DNA of 64,000 nucleotides from Chthoniobacterales bacterium. GTDB taxonomy: Bacteria > Verrucomicrobiota > Verrucomicrobiia > Chthoniobacterales > UBA6821. A model generated the notes under the pieces. It saw only the letters and a program-made list of their open reading frames with translations, made no database searches and was not told the origin of the DNA. Position numbers and translations under genes: made by a program. Location: assembly GCA_044236545.1 (NCBI GenBank), contig JBIIGI010000001.1, positions 8,557 through 72,556 on the forward strand, written 5' to 3'. This document shows, in pieces, positions 9,158 through 18,898 of the stretch. The first letter of the stretch is position 1. Each line of letters begins with the position of its first letter.

Positions 9158-11101
9158 ATGAAAAAACTATTCGATGGCATCCTGAGATTATTCACCAACC
9201 CCAGACTCTACGGTGTGGGAGCTTTATTCCTCGTAGCATGGTTCCTCATTGCTCCGTTCCTTGCCCAGTGGGGTTGGCATCGCAGATGGCACAGAACGCC
9301 AACGCCAACACCGGCACCAACGGCCACCGCGACGGCTACCCCGAAACCGACGGTCACATCCACTCCAACGGCAACTCCCACGGTAACGCCGACGGCTAGC
9401 ACACTCAACGTCCTTGATTACAAGGCCAAGGGAGATGCCAGGCGCATTGCGGCCAACACAGTGGGAAACAATGCCGTGATCAGCGTTCCTGGCGCGGCAT
9501 TCACCGCGTCCGATGTGGGAAAGATTGTCGAGTTGTTCGCTGTGGGCAAGGCAACCTCGGGCGGTCATCAGGATCTTATTGCCACTGTCACGGGTGTTCC
9601 GAGCAGTACCTCCCTCCAGATCAGTCCAGTTCCGACCGTCACGGCTACCGGTGTCGGCGGGGTCTTGGGCACTCAGAATTCAGGAGCGTTCCAGAATGCG
9701 ATCAATGCTGCCACCGGCACCAATACCATCATCAGGATTCCGAGCGGGAATTATCTGCTGATCCCTCCGTCAAATCTCACCAATGTGTATCTTGACCCGA
9801 TGGCATCCCTTGTGGTCCAAAAGGGAGGGATCAGGTTTGTGGGTGACGGAATGACCAATACTATCCTGACCGGATGCGGTGCCTGGACGCTCAATTCAGC
9901 CAACGAAGCGAAAAGGGGATTTCTCTTCGTTTGCCGGGGACCAGTGACAAACAACTACCCGCTGAGCTTTGAAAACCTGACCATGGACGGCGGTGTTTTT
10001 GAGGGGAACACGGTCAACAAGGGATTCCCCGCGAGCACAATCGACGGCTCGGGGTGGGATATCTATCATTCGGCCGTTGTTGATCAGAATCCAGAACCCC
10101 TTCATCTGAACAAGAAATTCCAGGGATGCCGCTTCACACACTGGAGGGGGGAGATGCTCAAAAGCACGGTGACCTGGACCAACGGCTTCATCGAGATCAA
10201 CAGCTGTGATTTCAACGATGGCAATGCCTCGGGAATCAATTTCACGTTCTCACACAACATTACCAACTGCACGTTCTCGAACATCGACATGGCCATGGAA
10301 CTTTACGAGGGGTACCTCAGCGTTCCTTCTTATTTCCAGAACTGCACTGTGCAGGGTGCCAGGGGGTGCATCGCAATGGTTGGAGCTGAGGCGAGTCATC
10401 CAACGCCGGCATACACGATTCGCAACAACATCCTGGAAGCCGTTGGTTTCGGGGTGATGATGGCCCCGGCTGTTAATCTGACAATCAGCGGGAACAAGTT
10501 CGTCGGCGAGGATTTTGCGATCGGAACAGCGATGGGCTATCAGGGTACCGATTTCAACAGGAATATCCTTATTCAAAACAATACCTTCACGAATGTGAGC
10601 AAGCCGTTTCTTGTTCAGGAGAGCGGATCCAACCGAATTGAGAACGTGAAGATATTCAACAACACCGCGTCACAGGGATATGCTTTTGCCTGGGGTTACG
10701 GCACGAGTTCCAATGTGGTCATCTCCAACAACGTCGTGACCGGATTTTCCTTCGGGGCGCTAAGTGACCGTTTGCTGGGACAATGGTTCCTTGATGATCT
10801 CTCCAACAAATTCCCAGTCCATCAGGTTAGCGACGCCAGCGGTCAGAGTCTTCTCATCTCCTATGCCTATGGAGCCCGTCACCAAACACTGGCCACCAGG
10901 GTCGGCACGACATTCCTCGTGGATGACGCAAACCCCACGAGGATTCCTCCCGGTGCTCGGATGAGTATTGTCAACCAAGGTGGGAACGCGGCCACGATCA
11001 ATCTTTCTAACACAAGGTCGGCGACCGCTCCCACTCGTGTCCTCCAACCCGGCGTCAGCGTCATCTGTGCCTGGGTAAACGGCGCTTGGCAGTTTCAGTA
11101 A
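9158..11101 (+). CDS. membrane-anchored surface protein: N-terminal TM helix, Thr/Pro-rich linker, right-handed parallel beta-helix (pectate-lyase fold) domain
   Basis: Track ORF 9107-11101; ATG 9158 chosen. TM segment YGVGALFLVAWFLIAPFL. Linker TPTPTPAPTATATATPKPTVTSTPTATPTVTPT. Pectate_lyase_3-like start NVLDYKAKGD ... IIRIPSGNYLL. Many N-x-[ST]/PbH1-like repeat units (ITNCTFSNID, NLTISGNKF, IQNNTFTNV, IFNNTAS, ISNNVV). Confidence 0.6.
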   Translation: MKKLFDGILRLFTNPRLYGVGALFLVAWFLIAPFLAQWGWHRRWHRTPTPTPAPTATATATPKPTVTSTPTATPTVTPTASTLNVLDYKAKGDARRIAANTVGNNAVISVPGAAFTASDVGKIVELFAVGKATSGGHQDLIATVTGVPSSTSLQISPVPTVTATGVGGVLGTQNSGAFQNAINAATGTNTIIRIPSGNYLLIPPSNLTNVYLDPMASLVVQKGGIRFVGDGMTNTILTGCGAWTLNSANEAKRGFLFVCRGPVTNNYPLSFENLTMDGGVFEGNTVNKGFPASTIDGSGWDIYHSAVVDQNPEPLHLNKKFQGCRFTHWRGEMLKSTVTWTNGFIEINSCDFNDGNASGINFTFSHNITNCTFSNIDMAMELYEGYLSVPSYFQNCTVQGARGCIAMVGAEASHPTPAYTIRNNILEAVGFGVMMAPAVNLTISGNKFVGEDFAIGTAMGYQGTDFNRNILIQNNTFTNVSKPFLVQESGSNRIENVKIFNNTASQGYAFAWGYGTSSNVVISNNVVTGFSFGALSDRLLGQWFLDDLSNKFPVHQVSDASGQSLLISYAYGARHQTLATRVGTTFLVDDANPTRIPPGARMSIVNQGGNAATINLSNTRSATAPTRVLQPGVSVICAWVNGAWQFQ

Positions 11102-11323
11102 TTGTTTGAAGTTTGGTCTGTTGTTGTGATTCGAGCAGACCGCCTGTGGTCTTCATAAGGTCGCGGGTGGTCTGTAAGAATGTTGGAACCTTATCCTTGA
11201 TCCATCATCGTCGCGAGATTTACGGCTTTGATTGCCACTCCGCCCTCACTCCGCTAATTCACTTGGGGGACATTCTTCAGTCGAATCATTCATTGAGGCG
11301 GCTGCAAGTTCCTCCAGCATGGA

Positions 11324-11408
11324 GCCGGCGTGGCGAAATGGCAGACGCAAGGGACTTAAAATCCCTTATTCCGAAAGGGGTGTGTGGGTTCGAGTCCCAC
11401 CGCCGGCA
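11324..11408 (+). tRNA. tRNA-Leu (anticodon TAA), class II with long variable arm
   Basis: Acceptor stem GCCGGCG/CGCCGGC. Anticodon arm AGGGA-CTTAAAA-TCCCT. Long variable arm. T arm GTGGG-TTCGAGT-CCCAC. Discriminator A. No encoded CCA. Confidence 0.9.
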
Positions 11409-11661
11409 TCGTGATAGGAGTGAGGCAAAAGTTGAACCGATCATCTTTTCCTTCGTAGACATAAGTAGCCGTCCTCAGAGACCGTCTGAAAATCTTGGAG
11501 TGACAGGCGTGAGCAAGGGAGGATGGATGGTCAGGCACCTGCGAGGGAGAATCCCCTCAGTTGGCTTTGAGCGGGCAGGGAACGCAAGCCGCACAGTTTC
11601 CCATGCCTGCGCCCGGTTTGGGGGCGCCCAACCACACTCTAACTAGTTTTCAGACAGTCTC

Positions 11662-12687
11662 TCAATAGCCTACATGTCCGAGGCGGGTCTTGCCACGGAA
11701 GATCCAGTAGATGCTGACGGTGTAGGCGAGGACTATGGGAACTCCGATCACGGCGATCACCAGCATGATGCCAAGGGTCTTGGCGCTGGAGGCGCAGTTG
11801 TAGATCGTCAGGCTGTTGCTCGGGTCAGGCATCGACATGACGATATGGGGGAAGTAGGAGATGCCCAGCACGGCCATGAGCAGGATCATGGTGAGGGAGG
11901 ACATGAGGAAAGCGGGGAATTCCTTGCCACGGGCGTTCAGGAAGCCGATCGAGAGGGCGGCCACGATGTCGAGCGCGAGGATGATGAATCCGAGAGGGCG
12001 TGTCAGCATGACGGCAACCAGATTAGGGCACTCAAAGAAGGTGGCGACGTTGAAGGTGAGGAAGAGAACCAGGAAGATGCCGATAAGGCGGGGGACCCAT
12101 CCCCTGATGGTTGCCTGGAGTTCCCCTTCGGTCTTCATGACGAGGTAAATGGCTCCGTGCATGGCGAAGAGGGCGACAACGGTGATGCCAAGGAGCAGGG
12201 AGTAGGGATTGAGAAGGCCGATGAAGTCCCCGACGAAGTCACCTTGGGAATCGAGCGGGATGCCGCGGGTGATGTTTCCCATGGCTACGCCGATCAGCAG
12301 CGCCGCAAGGAAGCTCCCGGCGCTGAAGGCGATGTCCCAACCCTGACGCCAGGCACGGCCAGGCTCCTTGCTGCGGAACTCAATGGAGACTGCACGGAAA
12401 ATCAGCGCAGCAAGAAGGAGCATGAAGGCGTTGTAGAATCCAGAGAAGACGGTGGCATAGGCTCCGGGGAAGGCGGCGAAGAGGGCGCCGCCGCCGGTCA
12501 CGAGCCAGACTTCGTTGCCGTCCCAAACGGGCCCGATGGAGTTGAGCAGGATGCGGCGATCCTCATCCTTCTTGACGAAGAGGTGCAGGATGCCGACGCC
12601 GAAATCGAATCCGTCGAGGATGGCGTAGCCGGTGAAGAGGATGCCGACGAGGAGGAACCAGATGATGTTGAGGTCGGGGAGATGCAT
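11662..12687 (-). CDS. cydB: cytochrome bd ubiquinol oxidase subunit II
   Basis: N-terminus MHLPDLNIIWFLLVGILFTGYAILDGFDFGVGIL is typical of CydB. Polytopic membrane protein located directly downstream of cydA. Confidence 0.9.
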   Translation of the reverse strand: MHLPDLNIIWFLLVGILFTGYAILDGFDFGVGILHLFVKKDEDRRILLNSIGPVWDGNEVWLVTGGGALFAAFPGAYATVFSGFYNAFMLLLAALIFRAVSIEFRSKEPGRAWRQGWDIAFSAGSFLAALLIGVAMGNITRGIPLDSQGDFVGDFIGLLNPYSLLLGITVVALFAMHGAIYLVMKTEGELQATIRGWVPRLIGIFLVLFLTFNVATFFECPNLVAVMLTRPLGFIILALDIVAALSIGFLNARGKEFPAFLMSSLTMILLMAVLGISYFPHIVMSMPDPSNSLTIYNCASSAKTLGIMLVIAVIGVPIVLAYTVSIYWIFRGKTRLGHVGY

Positions 12688-12695
12688 GGCGGTGA

Positions 12696-14219
12696 TTATT
12701 CGGAGGCGCGTCCCTTTTTGGTGAAAAGCTCACCGTCGGAAAGTCCGACGGCCAGGGTGTGGTGACCATCGTCATCATCCGGCCCGTGCTGGATCTTTCG
12801 GTTAAGCAGGTAAATGAAGGTGATGAAGAGGAGGGTGTAGATCAGGGTGAAAAGGATGATGGAGAAGACCACCTGGTTTGCATGCACGGCCCGGGAGAGA
12901 CCATCGGAGGTCTTGAGCATGTTGTAGACGATCCAGGGCTGACGACCCATCTCGGCAGTGAACCAACCCGCCTGCATGCAGATCTGCGGGGCAATCACGG
13001 CAAAGACATAGATCCAGAGGAGGCCCCTGATTGCCGGAACATCGGTGCGGAAGATCCATCCGCGCCAGAGAAGGGAGAGTGCCAGGAAGGAGAGACCGAA
13101 GACCGCCGATCCGATGCCGATCATGAGATGATAGGTCTGGAAGACAGCACCCACAGCGGGCCAGTAATCTGGTCTGATCTCGGCAAGCTTTTCCTTGGAA
13201 AGGCCCGGATGGCGCGCTGCCAGGAACTCATCGCTCGGCATCGAGAGGAGTCCCTGCACGGGTTGTTTGAAATTATGAAAGCAGAGAAAGCTGAGCAGGG
13301 CCGGGATCTGCGGGCCGTGGACAGTCTGATTCTTGGTGTCGACCCAGCCAAAGAGGGTCATCGGGGTGTAGTCCTGTGTCTCGTAGACTCCCTCCATGGA
13401 GGCCAATTTGATCGGTTGGTTGCGAACCACGCCGCGCGCTGTGGAGTCGGCGCTGATGGACTGGAGGATGGTGGTGAAGGCGGCGAAACAGACGGCAACC
13501 GTCATCGAGGCCTTGGCAAACCTAAGATGTTTGCCCTTGAGGAGGTACCAGGCGCTGATGCTCATCACGAGAAAAGAACCCACGAGCCAAGCACCGAAGA
13601 CCACGTGACAGATCCGCTCCAAGGAGGAGGGATTGGTTATCATCAACCAGAAATTGTCGACGACCGCCCGGACATGCCCCAGATCGGAGGCTTGGACGAT
13701 GTAGCCTTCGGGAAGATGTGTGTGGACGGCGCCCGTGATCCTCTCGAGGTGGAAGCCCGCGGGAGTCTGCATCCAGGAGTTGGCGATCAGGATCCAGATG
13801 GCGCTGAAATGGGAACCGAGGCAGACCATGCAGGTGGCAAAGAAGTGCATCTTGGGGCCTACCTTGTCCCAGCCGAAGAGGAGCAGGGCCAGGAAGCCGG
13901 ACTCTAGGAAGAAGGCGAAGATTCCTTCGGCGGCCAGGGCGCTTCCGAAGATGTCACCGACAAAGCGCGAGTAGGCGGCCCAGTTCGTCCCGAACTCGAA
14001 TTCCATGACGATGCCGGTCGCCACGCCGATGGCAAAGATCAGGCCGAAAATCCTCGTCCAGAAATGGGCGAGTTGATGGAAGAGGGGATTCTTGGTCTTG
14101 AGGTACAGGCCCTCCATGATCACCAGAAGCACTCCCAAGCCGATGGTCATCGGCGGATAGAGGAAATGGAACGAAACTGTAAGCGCGAACTGGATGCGGG
14201 AGAGGATTTCGACGGACAT
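12696..14219 (-). CDS. cydA: cytochrome bd ubiquinol oxidase subunit I
   Basis: N-terminus [24 protein letters not shown], later [12 protein letters not shown]. 507 aa. Confidence 0.9.
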   Translation of the reverse strand: MSVEILSRIQFALTVSFHFLYPPMTIGLGVLLVIMEGLYLKTKNPLFHQLAHFWTRIFGLIFAIGVATGIVMEFEFGTNWAAYSRFVGDIFGSALAAEGIFAFFLESGFLALLLFGWDKVGPKMHFFATCMVCLGSHFSAIWILIANSWMQTPAGFHLERITGAVHTHLPEGYIVQASDLGHVRAVVDNFWLMITNPSSLERICHVVFGAWLVGSFLVMSISAWYLLKGKHLRFAKASMTVAVCFAAFTTILQSISADSTARGVVRNQPIKLASMEGVYETQDYTPMTLFGWVDTKNQTVHGPQIPALLSFLCFHNFKQPVQGLLSMPSDEFLAARHPGLSKEKLAEIRPDYWPAVGAVFQTYHLMIGIGSAVFGLSFLALSLLWRGWIFRTDVPAIRGLLWIYVFAVIAPQICMQAGWFTAEMGRQPWIVYNMLKTSDGLSRAVHANQVVFSIILFTLIYTLLFITFIYLLNRKIQHGPDDDDGHHTLAVGLSDGELFTKKGRASE

Positions 14220-14296
14220 CAGGGCTAACTCAACCTAGTTCACACGTTCCCATCAACCGGAAAATCACCATGCAATGCGTTACAACAATAACGATT

Positions 14297-15403
14297 CTAT
14301 ACAAAGATTTCAGCGACCGTGTCGGCAAGAAGCCTGCCGCGGGGGGTTAGGAGCCATCGATCCGCGGCACGCCGGACAAGTCCTTCCTTCTCGATGCGAC
14401 AAAGCTCGTCTTCCCAGGTAGAGGACTCGGCTAGAGGGAGTCCCTCCAAGGTTCTCATCCCGAAGGCGGCACGCTCGGAAGCCTTGAGCCCAGGGGTGAC
14501 CACCTCTTCGAAATCGACGGCGGTTTTTCCATTCAGCGTCGTTTCGCTGTAGATCCCTGTCTCGCGGATGTTGCGCCAACGGTGGGTGCCGACCGTGGAG
14601 AACGCGCTGGGGCCGAGTCCCAGGTAATCCTTTCCCGACCAGTAAGCGGAGTTGTGCAGTGACTGGCGGCCCGGCAGTGAGTAGTTGGAGACCTCGTACT
14701 GGAGGTAGCCGGCGTGCCCAAGCAGCTCTGCGGTGAGTTCAAACTGATCGGCTTCCAGTCCCTCGTCGGGGGCCATCTCTCCCCTGCCCAGCTTCCTGAA
14801 GAACTCGGTGTCCTCTTCGTAGGTGAGGCCGTATGCGGAGAGATGCTCCGGTGCCAGTCGGAGTGATCGTTCCAAGGAGGAGCGCCACGACTCGAGCGAT
14901 TGGCCGGGGACTCCGAAGATGAGATCGATGGAGATGTTGTCAAATCCGGCTTGCCGCAGGATTCCGAAAGACTCCTCGGCCCTGTCCGCGTCATGGGTGC
15001 GGCCGAGTGACTTGAGAACCTGGTCGTCCCAAGACTGGACCCCCATGCTGATGCGGTTGATACCCGCATCCCGTAGAAGCGCCGCCTTGTCCGCGGCCAC
15101 GGTGGCGGGATTCATCTCGATGCTCCATTCCTCCAACGCCGAGAGATCGAGTTGTGAGCGGAGACCGCCCAGAAGTTTTTCGAACTGAGGGATGGAGAGG
15201 GCGCTTGGAGTTCCTCCGCCGAAGAAGATCGTCCGTGGTTGCAAACGGTTCGCCCAATTCCCGGTCTCCTTCAGGAGTGCATCAAGGAATGTCTCCACGC
15301 GCTCACGTCCGGCTGATTCCTTGTAAAAGGCACAGTAGGGACAGATGTTCGGGCAGAACGGGATGTGGATGTAGAGGTGCTCGATCAAGTAGGATGCGCT
15401 CAT
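14297..15403 (-). CDS. hemW: radical SAM family heme chaperone HemW / oxygen-independent coproporphyrinogen oxidase-like
   Basis: Track ORF 14297-15535; ATG 15403 chosen. Radical SAM cluster motif HIPFCPNICPYCAF. About 368 aa, which fits HemW rather than HemN. Confidence 0.8.
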   Translation of the reverse strand: MSASYLIEHLYIHIPFCPNICPYCAFYKESAGRERVETFLDALLKETGNWANRLQPRTIFFGGGTPSALSIPQFEKLLGGLRSQLDLSALEEWSIEMNPATVAADKAALLRDAGINRISMGVQSWDDQVLKSLGRTHDADRAEESFGILRQAGFDNISIDLIFGVPGQSLESWRSSLERSLRLAPEHLSAYGLTYEEDTEFFRKLGRGEMAPDEGLEADQFELTAELLGHAGYLQYEVSNYSLPGRQSLHNSAYWSGKDYLGLGPSAFSTVGTHRWRNIRETGIYSETTLNGKTAVDFEEVVTPGLKASERAAFGMRTLEGLPLAESSTWEDELCRIEKEGLVRRAADRWLLTPRGRLLADTVAEIFV

Positions 15404-15641
15404 TGTCCGCAAATCGATCCTATTCGTTAATTCCCAAGAAAACCATGACCTTGATTGAGCCGAATGATACCTTGCCGCGCGGAATATCCGTGCACCCCCA
15501 ACTATCCGTCTGCCACCTCGTATTGCGGAGATCATGTTCAGGGTGCTTCCCCCGAAAACTCAGGTGACCGTAATCGATTAGCCCCTCTGCCCTTGGGACT
15601 TCGGGAAAATCTTCGCCTCGGTCATCGCCCAATGGTAGCTT

Positions 15642-16259
15642 ATGGAAGATCCCATGTCGTCCACCCTCCACCTGAGTGTTCGCCGATGTCTCCTGATCTT
15701 GGGGATCGTTGTGCTTCCGGATTCCTCCTTTGCAAGCGTTGCCAAAATGGAGTCGATGCGCCCCGCATCCGAGCTCATCACTCAGCAGGAGAAGGCGAAG
15801 GTGTATCCGTCTGTACTGGAAAAGGCATCCAATGATCCGGTTTCCATCGTGATATCCCTCTCCAAGCAGCGTGCTTACCTTCTTATCGGGGGGAGGATCG
15901 CCGTCGATTCTCCCATCTCATCGGGCAGGAGGAATGGTTGGACACCCAAGGGCAATTTCTCGGTTATGGAAAAGGATCCCGATCACCGTTCCAGTCTCTA
16001 CGGTGACTTTGTCGATGGGGGAGGGCGGATTGTCCGTTCTGGGGTGAGCAGTAAACTGGATTCAGCTCCTAGCGGCACTCGCTTTCGGGGAGCATCGATG
16101 AAGTTCTTCTTGCGGCTCACACCGCAAGGGGTCGGCATGCATGCGGGGATCCTGCCCGGCTACCCGGCCTCCCACGGATGCATACGCCTCCCCACCGACA
16201 TGGCCAGGATCATCTTCAGCAAGGTCGGGCTCAATACTCCGGTGACTGTCGCTGAATAA
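15642..16259 (+). CDS. L,D-transpeptidase (YkuD domain), secreted
   Basis: Signal-like N-terminus. Catalytic motif HAGILPGYPASHGCIRLP. Confidence 0.8.
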   Translation: MEDPMSSTLHLSVRRCLLILGIVVLPDSSFASVAKMESMRPASELITQQEKAKVYPSVLEKASNDPVSIVISLSKQRAYLLIGGRIAVDSPISSGRRNGWTPKGNFSVMEKDPDHRSSLYGDFVDGGGRIVRSGVSSKLDSAPSGTRFRGASMKFFLRLTPQGVGMHAGILPGYPASHGCIRLPTDMARIIFSKVGLNTPVTVAE

Positions 16260-16342
16260 GGGGTGGTGGAGGTTGGAAATTGAAAAGCTGGCAGCAAAAA
16301 GCCAAGCCTGCGGCGGGCAGAAAACTTCTCCCGGGGAATTTC

Positions 16343-16675
16343 CTAGTCGCTCTGGGCCAAAAGTTCCATGTTCCGCTCGAACTCCTCCTCGGTGGAGACA
16401 AAGGGGTGTGCCTTTTCCACGTGCAAAGCATCATGAGCCGTGAGGATCAAGAGTGCCGCAACCCCGGCAAACGGCAGTGGGAGCAGCCATCGGAGAATCC
16501 GCTTAAACCCGAAAGGCGGCCTTCCTGACTGGGTCATCCCGACAGCTAATCCGGCAGTACGTGCGGCAAACCAGGGCGATTTGACAATGGGACGGGAGGA
16601 GGCGTCCTTGTAAAGAAGTTCCCATACAGGATCCTCTTCCTCGTCATCTCGATCGTGATGAAGTTCTTCTTTCAT
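16343..16675 (-). CDS. hypothetical small membrane protein (acidic N-terminus, one TM helix)
   Basis: Track ORF 16343-16717 starts at a TTG abutting the rpoD terminator, so ATG 16675 (MKEELHH...) is preferred. TM segment ILRWLLPLPFAGVAALLILTA. No recognisable domain. Confidence 0.4.
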   Translation of the reverse strand: MKEELHHDRDDEEEDPVWELLYKDASSRPIVKSPWFAARTAGLAVGMTQSGRPPFGFKRILRWLLPLPFAGVAALLILTAHDALHVEKAHPFVSTEEEFERNMELLAQSD

Positions 16676-16720
16676 TCCCTTCTGGCATTTAACACCGGAA
16701 CCTTTCAGGAGTTGCAAAAG

Positions 16721-16750
16721 AAAAAATGGGGGCTTTAGCCCCCATTTTTC
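16721..16750 (-). terminator. rho-independent terminator downstream of rpoD (symmetric, potentially bidirectional)
   Basis: aaaaaATGGGGGC-ttta-GCCCCCATtttt: 8-bp GC-rich stem, 4-nt loop, T tract on the minus-strand reading (T6) and a shorter one on the plus strand. Confidence 0.75.
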
Positions 16751-16775
16751 CTGAAATCAATCCGATCGGAAAAGA

Positions 16776-18878
16776 CTACAAGTCTTTTGGTTCAAGGAAT
16801 CCCTCCAACTGCCGCAGGCGGGTGGGATGGCGCATCTTGCGCAGGGCCTTGGCCTCGATCTGACGAATGCGTTCGCGGGTGACCTTGAACTGTTTTCCGA
16901 CCTCTTCCAGCGTGCGGGAGTAGCCGTCAACAAGGCCGAAACGCTGCTCGAGAACCTGACGCTCACGCTCGGTGAGTGATTCGAGAACGTCCTTGATCTT
17001 GTCCTTGAGAAGGACGATGGCCGCCATGTCGGCTGGGTTTTCCGCCGACTTGTCCTCGATGAAGTCACCGAAGCTCGTGTCGTCGCTGTCGCCCACGGGT
17101 GCCTGGAGGGAAATCGGTTGCTGCGCCATCTTGAGAACGGCCTGCACGCGTCCGACGGGGAGTTGGATCTCGTCGGCGATCTCCTCGGGGGAGGGTTCGC
17201 GTCCATACTCCTGGACGAGCTGCTTCTGAACGCGGATCAGCTTGTTGATCGTTTCGATCATGTGCACCGGGATGCGAATGGTGCGGGCCTGGTCAGCGAT
17301 GGAACGGGTGATGGCTTGGCGGATCCACCAGGTGGCATACGTGGAGAACTTGTAGCCGCGGCGGTACTCGAACTTCTCCACGGCTTTCATGAGGCCCATG
17401 TTTCCTTCCTGGATCAGGTCAAGGAAGGAGAGGCCGCGGTTGGTGTACTTCTTGGCGATGGAGATGACTAGGCGCAGATTGGCCTCCACCATCTCCGTCT
17501 TGGCGCGCAGGGCGTCGCGGAAGTGCTTCTTGAGTTCGCGGTGGCGGTCCTGGAACTGGTCGACGTTCATCCAGTTGTTGCGGTGGGCATCGTTGACCTG
17601 GGCCGTGAGGTTTGCGACATGCCTCTTGTGCTTGGGGTCGTCGCTATTCTTGGCGGCATGCTTCTGGTGCTCCCCGCGAAGCGACTGTAGGCTCTTGAGA
17701 TGATCGTCGGCGTGGGTGACGAAGTCCTCGACGATCTTCGACTTGAAGAAAAACTTTGGATAGACTTTGACGACCTCCTCAATCTGCTTCTCAAATTGGG
17801 TTTGATCCTTGGGAAGAGGTGCTTTCTTCGCCGGGGCTATCCGTTTGACGTAAATCTCGGAGACACCGTCGGCAAGGCGCTGGAGTTGCTGGCTGAGGCG
17901 GGGCAGGAGCTTCAGGTATCGCTCGCGGCTCTCGATCTTCTTGTCCTGAATGACGCGGTCGAAGCGCTCCCGTGAATCAAGCAGGCGCTGGGCCATGTCG
18001 AGGTGCGCATGGGCGATGAATCCGAATCGGTAGAGGACATCCTGCATCCGGATTTCAGCTTCCTCGATGCGCTTGGAGATTTCCACTTCCTGCTCGCGGG
18101 TAAGAAGGGGCACCTGGCCCATCTGCTTGAGATACATTCGGACAGGGTCGTCTAGGATGTCGAGACGCCCATCGGCCTTCTCGTCCTTTTCATCGCGATC
18201 CTTCTCCTTGTCGTCGTCGTCGTCCTTCTTGGTCTCCTTGACACGGTCTACCTCCGAGGCATCGATGATGTCGATTTCCACGGCACGGAGTTGGGCGAGG
18301 ATGGAGTCGATGGTCTCCGGATCGTTCATCCCTTCGGGGAGATGCTCGTCGAGATCCTCAAAAGTGATGTAGCCCTGCTCCTTCGCGAGCTTGAGCAATT
18401 CACGAATCTTCTCCTGAAGGAGTTTCTGGGCTTCCGCAGCATTGGCAGGCGCCTGTCCCGAAATGGACAGGCTGACGGCGCTCTTTTCCTTCTTTTCGGA
18501 AGGCTTGGAGGAAGCGGCGGCGGCTGGCTTAACCTTCGGAGCTACGGGCAACTTGGAGGGGGAGGAGGGGGATTTTGAAGGCGCCGTTTTCTTCGGGGCC
18601 ATTGCGGCGGGCTTCTTTGCGACGGGCTTTTGTGCAGGCTTTGCGGTGAGCTTCTTTGCGGGTGCTGCCGCTGCGGGAGTCTTTGCAGAAGGCTTCTGAA
18701 CAGGCTTTGCTTTAGCCTGCTTAACGCTCTTGGCGACAAGCTTCTGTGCCGAGGCAACCTTCTTCTCAGGAAGAGGTTTTTTGGCTGCCTTGGGAGGGGC
18801 CTTTTTAGGGCTTGAGGAGTTTTTTGAGGGCTTTCCGGAAGGTTTCCGGGAAGGGGAAATTTTAGAGGTTTTTTTCAA
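16776..18878 (-). CDS. rpoD: primary RNA polymerase sigma factor (sigma-70) with a ~135-aa Lys/Ala/Pro-rich N-terminal extension
   Basis: Regions 2-4 are unmistakable ([27 protein letters not shown]; STYATWW; [27 protein letters not shown]). 700 aa. Confidence 0.95.
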   Translation of the reverse strand: MKKTSKISPSRKPSGKPSKNSSSPKKAPPKAAKKPLPEKKVASAQKLVAKSVKQAKAKPVQKPSAKTPAAAAPAKKLTAKPAQKPVAKKPAAMAPKKTAPSKSPSSPSKLPVAPKVKPAAAASSKPSEKKEKSAVSLSISGQAPANAAEAQKLLQEKIRELLKLAKEQGYITFEDLDEHLPEGMNDPETIDSILAQLRAVEIDIIDASEVDRVKETKKDDDDDKEKDRDEKDEKADGRLDILDDPVRMYLKQMGQVPLLTREQEVEISKRIEEAEIRMQDVLYRFGFIAHAHLDMAQRLLDSRERFDRVIQDKKIESRERYLKLLPRLSQQLQRLADGVSEIYVKRIAPAKKAPLPKDQTQFEKQIEEVVKVYPKFFFKSKIVEDFVTHADDHLKSLQSLRGEHQKHAAKNSDDPKHKRHVANLTAQVNDAHRNNWMNVDQFQDRHRELKKHFRDALRAKTEMVEANLRLVISIAKKYTNRGLSFLDLIQEGNMGLMKAVEKFEYRRGYKFSTYATWWIRQAITRSIADQARTIRIPVHMIETINKLIRVQKQLVQEYGREPSPEEIADEIQLPVGRVQAVLKMAQQPISLQAPVGDSDDTSFGDFIEDKSAENPADMAAIVLLKDKIKDVLESLTERERQVLEQRFGLVDGYSRTLEEVGKQFKVTRERIRQIEAKALRKMRHPTRLRQLEGFLEPKDL

Positions 18879-18898
18879 CGGATCTCGGGTAAAAATGC

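Noticed and set aside
9294-9400. Repetitive acg/cca/ccg DNA, considered as a possible tandem repeat or CRISPR-like array
   Set aside because: It is in-frame coding sequence for the Thr/Pro-rich linker of the beta-helix protein. It has no repeat-spacer architecture.
11561-11661. cydX-like small ORF downstream of cydB
   Set aside because: The only ATG-initiated peptide there (15 aa, MGNCAACVPCPLKAN) is not hydrophobic and is unlike CydX.
11674-12765. 363-aa Asp/Glu/Gly-rich ORF antisense to cydB, and 12759-13907 antisense to cydA
   Set aside because: They are antisense shadows of membrane-protein genes. The hydrophobic codons read in reverse give acidic or Gly-rich low-complexity sequence.
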